64,000 bases of DNA, taken from the NCBI GenBank assembly GCA_951406725.2, contig OX597815.1, positions 184,574,001 through 184,638,000 of the forward strand. Reading direction: 5' to 3'. The notes beneath the pieces are model-generated. The model had not been told where the DNA came from. It worked only from the letters and a program-made list of their open reading frames with translations, and made no database searches. The stretch comes from Octopus vulgaris (taxonomy: Eukaryota). Both the position numbers and the translations under genes were made by a program. This document shows, piece by piece, positions 52,469 through 64,000 of the stretch (position 1 is its first letter; every line of letters begins with the position of its first letter).

Positions 52469-52885
52469 AGGCGACGAGCTGGCAGAAACGTTAGCGCGCC
52501 GGGCGAAATGCGTAGCCGTATTTCGTCTGCCGTTAAGTTCTGAGTTCAAATTCCGCCGAGGTCGACTTTGCCTTTCATCCTTTCGGGGTTGATTAAATAA
52601 GTACCAGTTACGCACTGGGATCGATGTAATCGACTTAATCCGTTTGTCTGTCTTTGTTTGTCCTTTCTGTGTTTAGCCCCTTGTGGGTAGTAAAGAAATA
52701 GTTATTTCGTCTGCCGTTACGTTCTGCGATCAAATTCCGCCGCGGTCGACTTTGCCTTTCATCCTTTCGGGGTCGATTAAATAAGTACCAGTTACAGACT
52801 GGGGTCGATGTAATCGACTTAATCTGTTTGTCTGTCCTTGTTTGTCCATTCTGTGTTTATCCCCAAGTGGGTAGAAAAGAAATAG
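52469..52885 (+). mobile_element. SINE A dimer with one 15-bp TSD
   Basis: GGTATCTTTTACCAT at about 52453-52467 and 52886-52900; junction near 52701. Confidence 0.9.
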
Positions 52886-53071
52886 GTATCTTTTACCATT
52901 AACTGAAATAGATTTCATACCAGACTAATTTTTTTGAATAACACTGCAGCACATTTTTGAGATTTGACACAAAACAGTAAGGAAACAAATAATGTTCATA
53001 CACTCTTTTTATTTCACATGAGTATTAATCATTGAAGTAAAAAAAGAACCCTGGTCTATTCTAATCAACCA

Positions 53072-53462
53072 CTAGCAGTATCACCCGGCGTTGCTCGGGC
53101 TTGTTTCGACCCTTTAGAATTGGAATTTTTGAAAAGTAAAACTTTTGCATTATGTAGCTTGTTATTCTCTTGAAGTGAACATTTTTCTGGTTGAAATACA
53201 CCGAAAAATGGCGACATGGCAGTCAAAAATCGTAAAAATGGGGATTTTCATAGAAAAAAAAGCACCTTTTTGATGTAAATAATCTTTGGTGTTAACATGG
53301 TCCGATTTGAATGTTTTCTTCTACGGAAGGAAGAGCAAGCCTTCTTCTATCATACTCTCGATTTTGGTCAACTTGCGCCTAAGGGTCTCGGAGGAGATAG
53401 TGTTAGTTGAAGGCTACCAAACCTGTCATACACACAGACAACTTCAGCTTTATATATATAGA
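53072..53462 (-). mobile_element. Non-autonomous Helitron
   Basis: Minus: A|TCTATATATATAAAG...CCCGAGCAACGCCGGG hairpin..CTAG|T; no TSD. Confidence 0.9.
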
Positions 53463-53606
53463 TTACATAACATCAGAGTAGTCCCTCCTTCAGTCTGACA
53501 CTATTACATTACATGTATCCAACGCAAGCCAGCAAAGGAACCTGTACATGATCTCTCGCTATACAGAAAATTAGTAGCCAAATCTTATTTGAATATTTCC
53601 TACTAT

Positions 53607-54043
53607 AGGCTCAGGAGTGGCTGTGATGTAAGTAGCTTGCTTACAAACCACATGGTTCCGGGTTCAATCCTACTGCGTGTCATCTTGGGCAAGTGTCTTC
53701 TAATATAGCCTCGGGCCGACCAAAGCCTTGTGAGTGGATTTGGTAGACGGAAACTGTAAGAAGCCCGTCGTATATATGTACATATATATATATATGTGTG
53801 TGTGTATATGTGTATATATACGTATGTGTGTATATATGTTTGTGTTTCTGTGTTTGCCCCACCCCCAACATCGCTTGAAAATCGACGCTGGTGTGTTTAC
53901 GTCCCCGTCATCTAGCGGTTCGGCAAGAGAGACCGATACAATAAGTACTAGGCTTACAAAGAATAAGTCCTGGTGTCGATTTGCTCGACTAAGATGCGGT
54001 GCTCCAGCATGGCCGCAGTCAAATGACTGAAACAAGCAAAAGA
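53607..54043 (+). mobile_element. SINE family B
   Basis: Colinear with 29349-29740. Confidence 0.9.
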
Positions 54044-54460
54044 GTTAAGGAGCACTATCGTAGAAAATGAGACATTTGTTAATGCGATCGGGGTTTTCCC
54101 GCAATTTGGGGAAAAGACGTTATGTCTGTGAGTGGAACGCATTTGATATTATATATTTGATATTATATATTTATCTGGTGTTGACTTAAAGCTGTGCATC
54201 AGCAGCAGCAATAACTTGCTAAACAATTCTATTTAGTTTGAGATTTTCAGGCCATAGTAAGGTATCAAATGCTAGCATGAAGTCTAGCACTGTATACATA
54301 ACTAAAAGAGATGTCTAGAAAATACTGCAATACTCGTGTCACGACTGTAGCAAAGTATTTTCTCTGTGTATATTAGCCTTCGAAATACTAGTTGCGAGTC
54401 GTCTGCAAACAAAGAGAAATCATCAGCTACGTCTCAAAACGCTGTATTGATTGCCCAAGC

Positions 54461-54500
54461 ATATATATATATATATATATATACGTATATATATATATAC

Positions 54501-54594
<94 letters not shown>

Positions 54595-54698
54595 GAAATG
54601 ATATGCGTTCATATAGATATAAATATAAGTATTTGTGTGTGCGTGCATATATATATATATATACACACATACATATATAATATATATATATATATATG

Positions 54699-54773
<75 letters not shown>

Positions 54774-54950
54774 ATATATGTGTGTATATATATATATATA
54801 TATACATATATTTGAAATGATATGGGTTCATATAGATATGAATATAAGTATCTGTATGTGCGTGCATATGTATATATATACATACATACATATACATATA
54901 TGTATATATACATACATACATATATATATATATGTATGTATGTATATATT
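54461..54950. repeat. (TA)n-rich tract with a tandem duplication of about 220 bp period
   Basis: TTGAAATGATATG.GTTCATATAGATAT.AATATAAGTAT.TGT at about 54593 and 54812. Confidence 0.9.
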
Positions 54951-55444
54951 AAGAAGTTCTCAGACAAATATAGGATGCCTAATTAATTTCCTCAGAATAA
55001 TTAAATTCTCGGTGTGGACATTAAGCCATCTGAATAGAACTTGCGGAAGAGAAAAGTCTTCTCTGTAAATAATTTCACGGGAATAATGAGAAAGAAAAGA
55101 AGAAAAGAAAAGAAAAGATAAGAAAGAAAAAAACAAGTGCAAGAAAATATCTTCTGTGGCGGAAACAACACGGTAATCCAATATCTTGCTATTAAGTATT
55201 AAAACGAAGTAGTACAAAAATATGAAAACTCTGAATGATAAAAAATATCAGTTTTTATTTAATTTCTATGACTTGTAATATTGCTTAAATGTATTCTAAG
55301 TTCCGTGTGATATGAAATACTTTATGAATATATACAGCGAGCTGTAAATTAGAGGCGAGTATTTCGCGAACTTGGGTCGTTACCCGGAGTCGGTTGGTCG
55401 ATTTTTTTTTTTACTTTATTAATACATTTGAAAATGACTTCTCT

Positions 55445-55840
55445 TTCTCTTCTACTTGTTTCAGTTATTTGACTACCGCCATGCTGGAGCACCGCCTTTA
55501 GTCGAGAAAATCGATCCCATGACTTATTTTTTGTAAGCCTAGTACTTATTCTATCGGTCTATTTATGCCGAACCGCTAAGTTACGGGGACGTAAACACAC
55601 TAGCATCGGTTGTCAAGCGATGTTCGGGGCACAAACACAGACACAAACATATATACATATATATATATATATACATATATACGACGGGCTTCTTTCAGTT
55701 TCCGTCTACCAAATTCACACACAAGGCGTTGGTCAGCACGAGACTATATTAGAAGACACTTGCCCAAGGTGCCACGCAGTGGGACTGAACCCGGAACCAT
55801 GTGGTTGGTAAGCAAGCTACTTACCACACAGCCACTCCTG
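55445..55840 (-). mobile_element. SINE family B
   Basis: Reverse of the family B sequence. Confidence 0.9.
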
Positions 55841-56079
55841 ACCCTTGAAATTTTTTGCTTTACTGTTTGGAATACAGACAACTCTGTAGATTCCACCCAC
55901 GAAAGCTATAAGTTACAGAATTTCCTATTGTTTCTACAAAAGAAAATAGAGTTCATATATAACATTTTAAACGAAACATGAATCGCATTAAACTATTCAT
56001 AATAAATATCCTTTGTGTAGTGGACTTACGAGGAATATAAATGAAGAATAAAATCTCACTGCGTCTCCTATATTAATGT

Positions 56080-56440
56080 GCAGGGTGGTCCGAAATTCTT
56101 GTCACCACCTGTAGATATTGTTTTAATTTTCTCTTCACGAAGAGAGGGTTTCACAAGAGCGATGCCAGAATACCCAACAGTTGAAGGACGCTGTTTCGGA
56201 AGCGTTGCAACGATCACCAAAGCACAGTTTCATAAAATATCAACACAGGAGATGCCAGCGCACCATTCTATAACACGAAAATGATGGTGTTTATACTGAC
56301 CTTGTAGATGTGTGAGAGTGTCAGTGTCAATGAAAGTGAATGTTCTAAAACCAGTTAAATCTGCTTGATATTATTATACTGTTTCTCTATTGTTCATATT
56401 ACTTTTCAGTAAGGAGTGACAAGAGTTTTGCACCACCCTA
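56080..56440 (+). mobile_element. Tc1/mariner-superfamily deletion derivative
   Basis: TIR CAGGGTGGTCCGAAATTCTTGTCAC vs GTGACAAGAGTTTTGCACCACCCTA; remnant QNTQQLKDAVSEA..ENDG. Confidence 0.7.
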
Positions 56441-56586
56441 TACATTTGTAGGAGGTTAATATTTTAAACGAAATGAAATTTTCACAAGCTTACGCTCATT
56501 CTTTCCTTCTCTCATCTTAACAACTGTCGCCAACTCTCCTATTTATTATTATTATTATCATTATCATTATTATTGTTATTATGATT

Positions 56587-56618
<32 letters not shown>

Positions 56619-56629
56619 TATAATTATTA

Positions 56630-56662
<33 letters not shown>

Positions 56663-56663
<1 letters not shown>

Positions 56664-56825
56664 AGGCGGAGAGCTGGCAGAAACGTTAGCACCCTGGGTG
56701 AAATGCATAGCCGTATTTCGTCTGCCGTTACGTTCTGAGTTCAAATTCCGCCGAAGTCGACTTTGTGAAACCCTCTCTTTGCCTTTCATCCTTTCGGGGT
56801 CGATTAATTAAGTACCAATTACGTC
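56663..56825 (+). mobile_element. SINE A, 3'-truncated, after (TTA/TCA)n at 56540-56661
   Basis: Head plus core with a short internal insertion. Confidence 0.85.
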
Positions 56826-56891
56826 CTGATATTGAAATACAACATTAGCCATAGAAACGTTTTAATGAGACAATGTTGAGGAATCGTTGTA

Positions 56892-57310
56892 TGGTAAGTA
56901 GCTTGCTTCTCAACCACATGGTTCCGGGTTCAGTCCCAATGCATGTCACCTTGGGCAAGTGTCTTCTACTATAGCCTTGGGCCGACCAAAGCCTTGTAAG
57001 TGGATTTGGTAGATGGAAACTGAAAAAAGACCGTAGTATTTATGTATATATATGTGTGTGTGTGTGTGTGTGTATGTGTGTGTGTGTGTGTGTGTGTAAG
57101 TATGTGTCTGTGTCTGTGTTTGTCCCCCACCCCAACATCGCTTGACAACCGATGCTAGTGTGTTTAGTTCCCCGTAACCTAGCGGTTCGGCAAAAGAGAC
57201 CGATAGAATAAGTACTAAGCTTACAAAGAATAAGTCCTGGGGTCGATTTCCTCGACTAAAGGCGGTACTCCAGCATGGCCACAATCTAATGACTGAAACA
57301 AGTAAAAGAG
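56892..57310 (+). mobile_element. SINE family B
   Basis: Colinear with 29349-29740. Confidence 0.9.
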
Positions 57311-57941
57311 CAATATAACTGCATTATCCCACAACGTATCTTAGCTACATTCACTATTGTAAGAGCTATGGATATAAAATTCGGCAAAGGACCAGAATGA
57401 TACCAGTCAGTATTTACTTAAATTCATTTAAGTTTTAAATTCATATTCAGCCGAAATATATGAAATACTTACGAATAACATACTGAGAGATGTATTGAGT
57501 GGCTAAAAATGGGTGATCGCGAACAATAAAAGAAATCAATATTAGATTCGGAATATTATGGCTATCACGTGTCCTGTGGCGTATGAAGTAAACAGATCAA
57601 AAGGGAAAATTTACGTATCTCCAAGGCGTTGCGGCTTTCTCGAAACACTTTATTACAATGCTAAAATTAGCTTCTTTTTATAGAACAAAGGATTTTCTGT
57701 ATGAAAATGAAATTAGAAGACTAATAATGACTCTAGTCAATCGAAAATAGAGATTCTACAGCATTAGGTGAAAGCATCGTTGTTATTTTACTTTTAATAA
57801 ATTTCTATTCAAAACAACATACCACCTTCAAATAATGTTTTTTTAATGTACATACATACATAAATATTTACTTATAATCGTTTACACGGGTTACGATAGG
57901 TAGAACACGCTTGCGTATGAATAATACAGTATATATATATA

Positions 57942-58170
57942 TATTTCTTTACTACCCACAAGGAGCTAAACACAGAGAGGACAAACAAGGACAGACAAAC
58001 GGATAAAGTCGATTATATCGACCCAGTGCGTAACTGGTACTTAATTTATCGACCCCGAAAGGATGAAAGGCAAAGTCGACCTCGGCGGAATTTGAACTCA
58101 GAACGTAACGGCAGACGAAATACGGCTACGCATTTCGCCCGACGTGCTAACATTTCTGGCAGCTCGCCGT
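57942..58170 (-). mobile_element. SINE A monomer with a TSD of about 25 bp
   Basis: TTGCGTATGAATAATA(C/T)AGTATATA at 57911 and 58176. Confidence 0.9.
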
Positions 58171-58814
58171 CTATATTGCGTATGAATAATATAGTATATA
58201 TTGTAGAGTAGGAGTTTGTAGTGACCATGCTATGATGAACAAAATGTTTGGCGGTAATTGAAGCACTTCATTCCGTTCAAACTTCCAATACTAGCAATTT
58301 CAGTTCTTTATTTAGTAATCCTTAGTCATTCAAATGTATTCCAGTCAGATGGAACGTTTATATGGTCAAATAAGTCCGTTCTGTTGAGATTGTGGCAGTG
58401 TGAATTTGTACTCACAAAAACAGCACATACACAGACGAACACACACATGAACACACACCTGTGTATCTGTAAATATTTAAATAAAGAACAACTTTTCTTA
58501 ATCTTTTCTTTAGAATTTGTTATAAGCAAAGCGCGACTGTATTTAAGTTTAACCTTTATTATAAGGATTTTTCGTATTCCTCTATGAGCCATTTATACTT
58601 AGCCTCAAACAACAACGTTCTTAAATAGGTTAAGCTGAGTAACAATACACGGCACCGGTAACTTAAGTACGTCAATTTAATACACTTTCTCTATAAGAAA
58701 AACCTTGAAGTAAACTCAAATGAGAACCCATTTTCGTACAATACAAAAAGCCATAAAAGTACATTTGTACATCCATACATTAGTACATACATCCATACAT
58801 ATGTACATGCATAC

Positions 58815-59130
58815 ATGATGGTCGTCCATTCGTTACCGACGAAGACCATTGCTGACCTTTAGGGACACTGTGCGCTAGAGGACTAGCATATATTTTGCTT
58901 CTGTGGCTCCATTGGTGGGTAATGAGCCCTGTTCTTGACAAGCATACACGACTGCAAACGTTGCAAACCAAGGTTTCCCCATTCACTACACTAGCAGTGC
59001 GCTTTCGAGCAGCACATTTAAGTTCTTCGTGCAGAATACGTGATCTCTCAAAGGTATCGACCCTCCTTAACATGCTTACTCCATCTGTGGCGATGAAAGG
59101 CATTGCTCTCCCACTCAGTCTCCTGCATAT
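58815..59130 (-). mobile_element. RTE/BovB-like LINE 3' end
   Basis: ETLVCNVCSRVCLSRTGLITHQWSH (C-terminal C2H2 finger typical of RTE) and 3' stem GGTCTTCGTC..GGACGACC; possible continuation at about 59545-59770. Confidence 0.75.
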
Positions 59131-59148
59131 CCCATATATATATATATG

Positions 59149-59540
59149 CTAGCAGTATCGCCCGGCGTTGCTCCGGTTTGTAAGGGAAATAACTATATAA
59201 GCATTTTTAGAGATGTAAAGTATAATAGCCATCTCAATATGGTTAACCACAAAGGAGGGTGTTACTGTAGCTTTTTACGTTCTGAGATTTAATAATACAT
59301 TTCTAGAGAGTTACTTCCCTTATATATGCCAAAAATGCATTAAAAATGGGAAAAATTGATGGTAAATTTTTTAAATCGTAGACTCATCGTAGACGCGCGC
59401 TAATACCCAGAAGGGCTCGATATGAATCACGACTATAAGATACCCGGTTTGAGTTAAACTGCACCGCAAAATGTGGGAGTAGTTAGAAATCTAAATCGTA
59501 GGAGACAGACAGCACACAACCTCACTTTTATATATAAAGA
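59149..59540 (-). mobile_element. Non-autonomous Helitron (same 3' end as 53072, different interior)
   Basis: Plus-strand CTAGCAGTATC.CCCGGCGTTGCTC.GG shared with 53072; minus 5' end A|TCTTTATATATAAAAG. Confidence 0.85.
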
Positions 59541-60117
59541 TATGTAACATTTCTGATTCTGTAGATCGGTGAATGCATTTCACTTGAAACCTGTATGCTT
59601 TCAAAGCGGAATAAGCATCGACAGCTTGCAAGCCATGATGATGATGAGCAATGATTCTGAAACTAGTCTCTGCAAGCGGGCTTTGCTGGATGGAGGTGAT
59701 TATCTCCCCTCTTTGAAAATATAAGGACACAGGAAATGTTATGGCCAACTGGAAAACGGTGTGTCCTGGGGCCAATATATATATATTTTTTGATTTATTA
59801 TTATTATTACTAGTATTGTTGTTATACATACATACATACGTACATACAAGCATATGTAATGATAATGATAAGTGGATGTAAACACATGAACAAAATAAGA
59901 ATAAACAAAAACAACAACAACAAAAACAAAGTACATGAACGTATATAAACAGAAAATACAAATATTGCAGCCCCCTCCCCCCACACACACTAAATAAACA
60001 TAGACGCACATAGAGATATAAGCATGCGCAAATGAAGACATACAATAGAAATACAAAATGGCTGACGGTTAGTAAGAAGAGACACAAATAAGAAAGAAGA
60101 AAACAAAAAACAAAGGA

Positions 60118-60157
60118 CCACTGATGCGGTCACAGGAGTGTGACGAAAGAACTCTGG
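60118..60157 (+). ncRNA. Variant minimal hammerhead motif
   Basis: cca-CUGAUGC-g-gucac-aggagu-gugac-GAAA-gaac-UC-ugg; A9 replaced by C. Confidence 0.5.
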
Positions 60158-60282
60158 CCGAAATAAGATTAAGATTAATGTAAAAAATAAATAACACTGA
60201 AGCAAAGTAACACCAAATATATAGTGCGTGTGTTTTTATTGGCTAAACTGGCAAAATGACCATTCCGAAATATAACAATATA

Positions 60283-60316
<34 letters not shown>

Positions 60317-60552
60317 ATTCATGTTCTATTTTTCTCTTCCTATCATTCCTTTCTTTCCTTCCTTTGCTCATTTATATACATGTGCGTTCACGGGCAAGCA
60401 AGCACACATACACACACATATATGTATGTAGTGCATACTATGCACTCAAACGTGCACACACATTCTCACACAGACACACATATATCTAAGCGCATATATT
60501 TGTAGACGAGTACCGACAGTATAACCTCTCTGTCAATAGTTTTCTCTCTCTA

Positions 60553-60589
<37 letters not shown>

Positions 60590-60872
60590 CTTATTCTCTT
60601 TTTCTTTTTCCTCTCTGTTTCTATTATGTTATATTTAAAACTTTGATGCTACATTGGACGCTACATTTCATGTTGGTCTCCTGACGGCAAACATAATTCA
60701 ACACATGGAAATAAAATATGTACATTAAAAATATAACTCTATAATGGAGGTTATTTTTATTCTATCTCTTGAAAGAGAAAATTAAATTAGGAATAATCGG
60801 CAAAATTTCTGCTTTCTTAATTGTTCTATATATGCTATTCTGATATATCATTTTAGCAAATTTTTATGTATG

Positions 60873-60931
<59 letters not shown>

Positions 60932-61013
60932 ATATGTATGTACGTATGTATGTGTGTATGTATCAGACGAGTTGATATGTATAAGGAAAATAAGAGAAGG
61001 TAGAAACTGATAA

Positions 61014-61844
61014 AATAATTTTATCACGAAGAACATTTTAGTACCGGTTCCAGACTTTGCGACTTTTTCAACTTAGAGTAAAGCATGAAAAACAATTAAA
61101 TTGTAGAAAATCTAAATGAAATGATTTTTAAAAATATTTCCATAGTTTTCAAATACAAGGGACATTGTCTGATTTTTTCTGTCTATCTGTCTGTCTCTCT
61201 CCCCACCTCTCTCTCTCTCTCTCTTACTTATGTGAGATCTTTTTAGTAGGTGGCAGATAGTAGTAGTAGTAGTCATAATATGAGTTCTTGGTTTTGATTG
61301 TTTAAGCAGCAGTAGTAGCTAAGAAAGGAGGCGAAGAAGAAGAAGAAGACGAAGACGAAGACGAAGAAGAAGAAAAAGAAGAGGAATAAAAGAGAGAGAA
61401 AAAATAATCAAAAATGCATGAGTGGTGTGACAGTAGTAGGATGATGGGGGAATCCGCATTTTTTAATATTTTTTCTTTCTTTTTCCTACTCCCTCTTCTT
61501 CTTCTTCTTCTTCTTCTTCTTCTTCTTCTTCTTCTTCTTCTTCTTCTACTTCTTCTTCTTCGTCGTCGTCACCTCCTTTCTCAGTTGCTACTGCTGCTTA
61601 AGCGATCAAAACAAAGAACTCATATTAGGACTACTACTACCTGCTACCATAAGTAAAAGAGAGAGACAGAGACAAACACAAAAGAGGAAAATGTCCCTTG
61701 CGCATTTGAAAACTATTGAAATATTTTTAAAAAACATTTCATTTAATTTTTCCACAATTTAATTGTTTTTCATGCTTTACTCTAAATTGAAAAAATTGCA
61801 AAGTCTGAAACCGGTACTAAAATATTCTACGTGATAAAATTATT
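61014..61844. repeat. Large foldback: arms 61014-61417 and 61456-61844, spacer about 38 bp
   Basis: AATAATTTTATCACG..TTTTAGTACCGGTT.CAGACTTTGC.. mirrored, including (GAA)n/(TTC)n and (TAG)n/(CTA)n. Confidence 0.92.
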
Positions 61845-61863
61845 CTAGTATTTTTTGCCTCGT

Positions 61864-62280
61864 CTTATTCTATCGGTCTTTATTGCCGAACCGCTAAGTT
61901 ACGGGAACGTAAACACACCACCATCGGTTGTCAAGCAATGTGGGGGGGGGGCAAACACAGACACACAAACAGATGCACACAAACAGACACACACACACAT
62001 ATATATACATATATACGACGGGCTTCTTTCAGTTTCCGTCTACCAAATCCATTCACAAGGATTTGGTCGATCGAGGCTATAGTAGAAGACACTTGCCCAA
62101 AGTGCCACGCAGTGGGACTGAACCCGGAACCATGTGGTTGGTAAACAAGCTACATACCACACAGCCACTCCTGCGCATTTTGTATATATACAAAGAATGA
62201 GTCCTGGGGGCAATTTGCTCGACTAAAGGCGATACTCCAGCATGGCCGCAGTCAAATGACTGCAACAAGTAAAAGAATAA
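61864..62280. mobile_element. SINE B split by an inversion (61864-62176 minus; tail 62190-62280 plus)
   Basis: Minus part stops at GACCGATAGAATAAG; the missing ACAAAGAAT.AGTCCTGGGG..CAAGTAAAAGA follows on plus. Confidence 0.8.
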
Positions 62281-62444
62281 ACGAAAAAAGAAAGAACATA
62301 CTTGAAAATGAATGCGTGGCGTTCGATCATATAATATATATATATATATATATAAAGAATAAAATGTTTTGAATGGTACAACAATGCACTATAATACAAA
62401 CAATGGGCTATATACCTGTTGTAATCTAGTCATCCATAGTCTTT

Positions 62445-62479
62445 TATGATATTTCGGAATAATATTCCTTCTTCAGATA
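62445..62479 (-). ncRNA. Minimal hammerhead motif between inverted arms (62355-62393 and 62489-62528)
   Basis: Minus: uau-CUGAAGA-a-ggaau-auu-auucc-GAAA-ua-UC-aua. Confidence 0.55.
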
Positions 62480-62570
62480 TTCTTAGAATATAGTGCATTG
62501 CTGCACTCTTCAAAACTTTTTATTCCTTACAAACAATACACAATGTTTCAAGCGAACTACAATACTCTCT

Positions 62571-62637
<67 letters not shown>

Positions 62638-62739
62638 GATAAGGACTAAACGTATTTTAAGTTAGTTAAAATATATTCGTGACATATTACAAATTCTAAA
62701 TGCAAATTCACTGCAGTTATCGTGGATAAAAAAAAACCC

Positions 62740-63500
62740 ACCAATCAAAAAAAGTTGTAAAAATACCGTATCTTCTAAATATCTGCCACTAGCGTCCAAA
62801 GGGAGATAAATCGAGTGAATTGTAAAGCCGTAGATTTATCGTTAAGGAATTTCGGTTGGTTGTGAATGAGTTGCTTTTTCTAGTTACCAGTATGGTTTGG
62901 ATCTGCACAAACGTTTACCAAAAATGTTAAATCCTTAGCCTCAGCGAACGTAACATAATATATTTAGTTAAGATTTTTAATGAAATTGAATCCGTGGTAT
63001 ATCACCTGTAATATTTAAGGGCCCAATTTCTTTATATTCTATTTATCAACAACGTTTATATCGTACAAAGATTTTCTTGAAGAATTTTAACGTGGAGTTA
63101 TATGACTTAGATCAACGACTTTGTTTTCATTTAAATAACTTATTCAACGTTGACTTTATACTGTTTGTATTTAATGATTCATTAACAAATTTCCCACATT
63201 TATGTTGCATTTGAAATACTGCTGATAAATATTTATGCTTCGGCTAATGCCTGAATTTTCTTCTGGATTTATTCTCTTCCTCAAGTTCAGAGGGTGCATC
63301 AGTAACGACTTGACATTAAAAGCACTGCTTGTATTTAGACTTTGTTGTCACCAGTGAAACATTTTGTCTTCAATTTCTTTCATTTTATTGTTTAATGTCC
63401 CATGACTATTTTCATTTGCAACAAAAGTTTTTCTGATTGTTTTAGAAAATCCATGTCTTTTTTGACCAAATTTGAATATCCTCTATGAAGCCTACAAGTA
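62740..63500 (-). mobile_element. Very decayed pogo/Tigger-like transposase
   Basis: Minus MKEIEDKMFHW*QQ..VKSLLMHPLNL (CENP-B HTH-like) and AKDLTFLVNVCADPNHTGN*KKQL (KDR+T+++C.N..G..K pattern). Confidence 0.35.
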
Positions 63501-64000
63501 ATGCATTTTCTAATTGCATTCACATTGGATTGGCGTTGCTCATAATAAAACCTAATTAAATTTCTTGCATAAATTTCTCGTTGATAATAAATCTTTAAAC
63601 CACATCGTTCTTATCACTGAATTAACACTGTGATATTTGACGGCCATGGCGCTACTTTCATTTTTGTTAATGAGAAAGTATTTTATGCATCATTCAGTTG
63701 TCATTTAATACGACAATCGTTTGCCTAAGTTCCAAACTACATTTAAGTAACGCGTTGCTATGGTAACAGTAATTTCCTTCATTTTAGTTAGACAACTCAA
63801 AACTTTGCAGAAGTACAATAATAAACATAGAATCTTCTCAGGTATTTGAAAAAACTGAAAGTTTTACTTTTCCAAACACCAGAAGCAATATATCTGTCAA
63901 TACACAAAACACAAACAAACAACAGTCGTTCGGAACTTTCAAGTGTTAAATCCCTCGGCATTTTCATTCAACAAAATGATATATTCAGGCAGTACACGAA

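Overview
AT-rich eukaryotic non-coding DNA, almost certainly from an Octopus genome (inferred from its tRNA-derived SINE families and very long TA/CA/GA/TAA microsatellites). No intact host protein-coding gene could be supported; the ORF track is mostly microsatellite or SINE read-through plus decayed transposon ORFs. The window holds about 40 SINE copies from at least five families, decayed non-LTR elements (HERO/NeSL, R4/Dong, RTE, L1/Tx1, L2-like), mariner/Tc1/pogo remnants, GG-ended MITEs with 8-bp TSDs and internal TTAGGG, and two non-autonomous Helitrons. Most interesting: (1) a SINE that repeatedly inserts into two fixed positions of its own tRNA-like head and shares its 3' tail with four RT-less, ORF1(gag/CCHC)-only elements clustered in the first 15 kb; (2) at least six minimal type-I hammerhead-ribozyme motifs in unrelated small elements, plus a damaged one inside a tRNA-headed SINE; (3) a HERO element with a twin-priming-like inversion; (4) many inverted duplications, including an 830-bp foldback. 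Boundaries of decayed elements are approximate and read by eye; family names come from motif recognition, not database searches.
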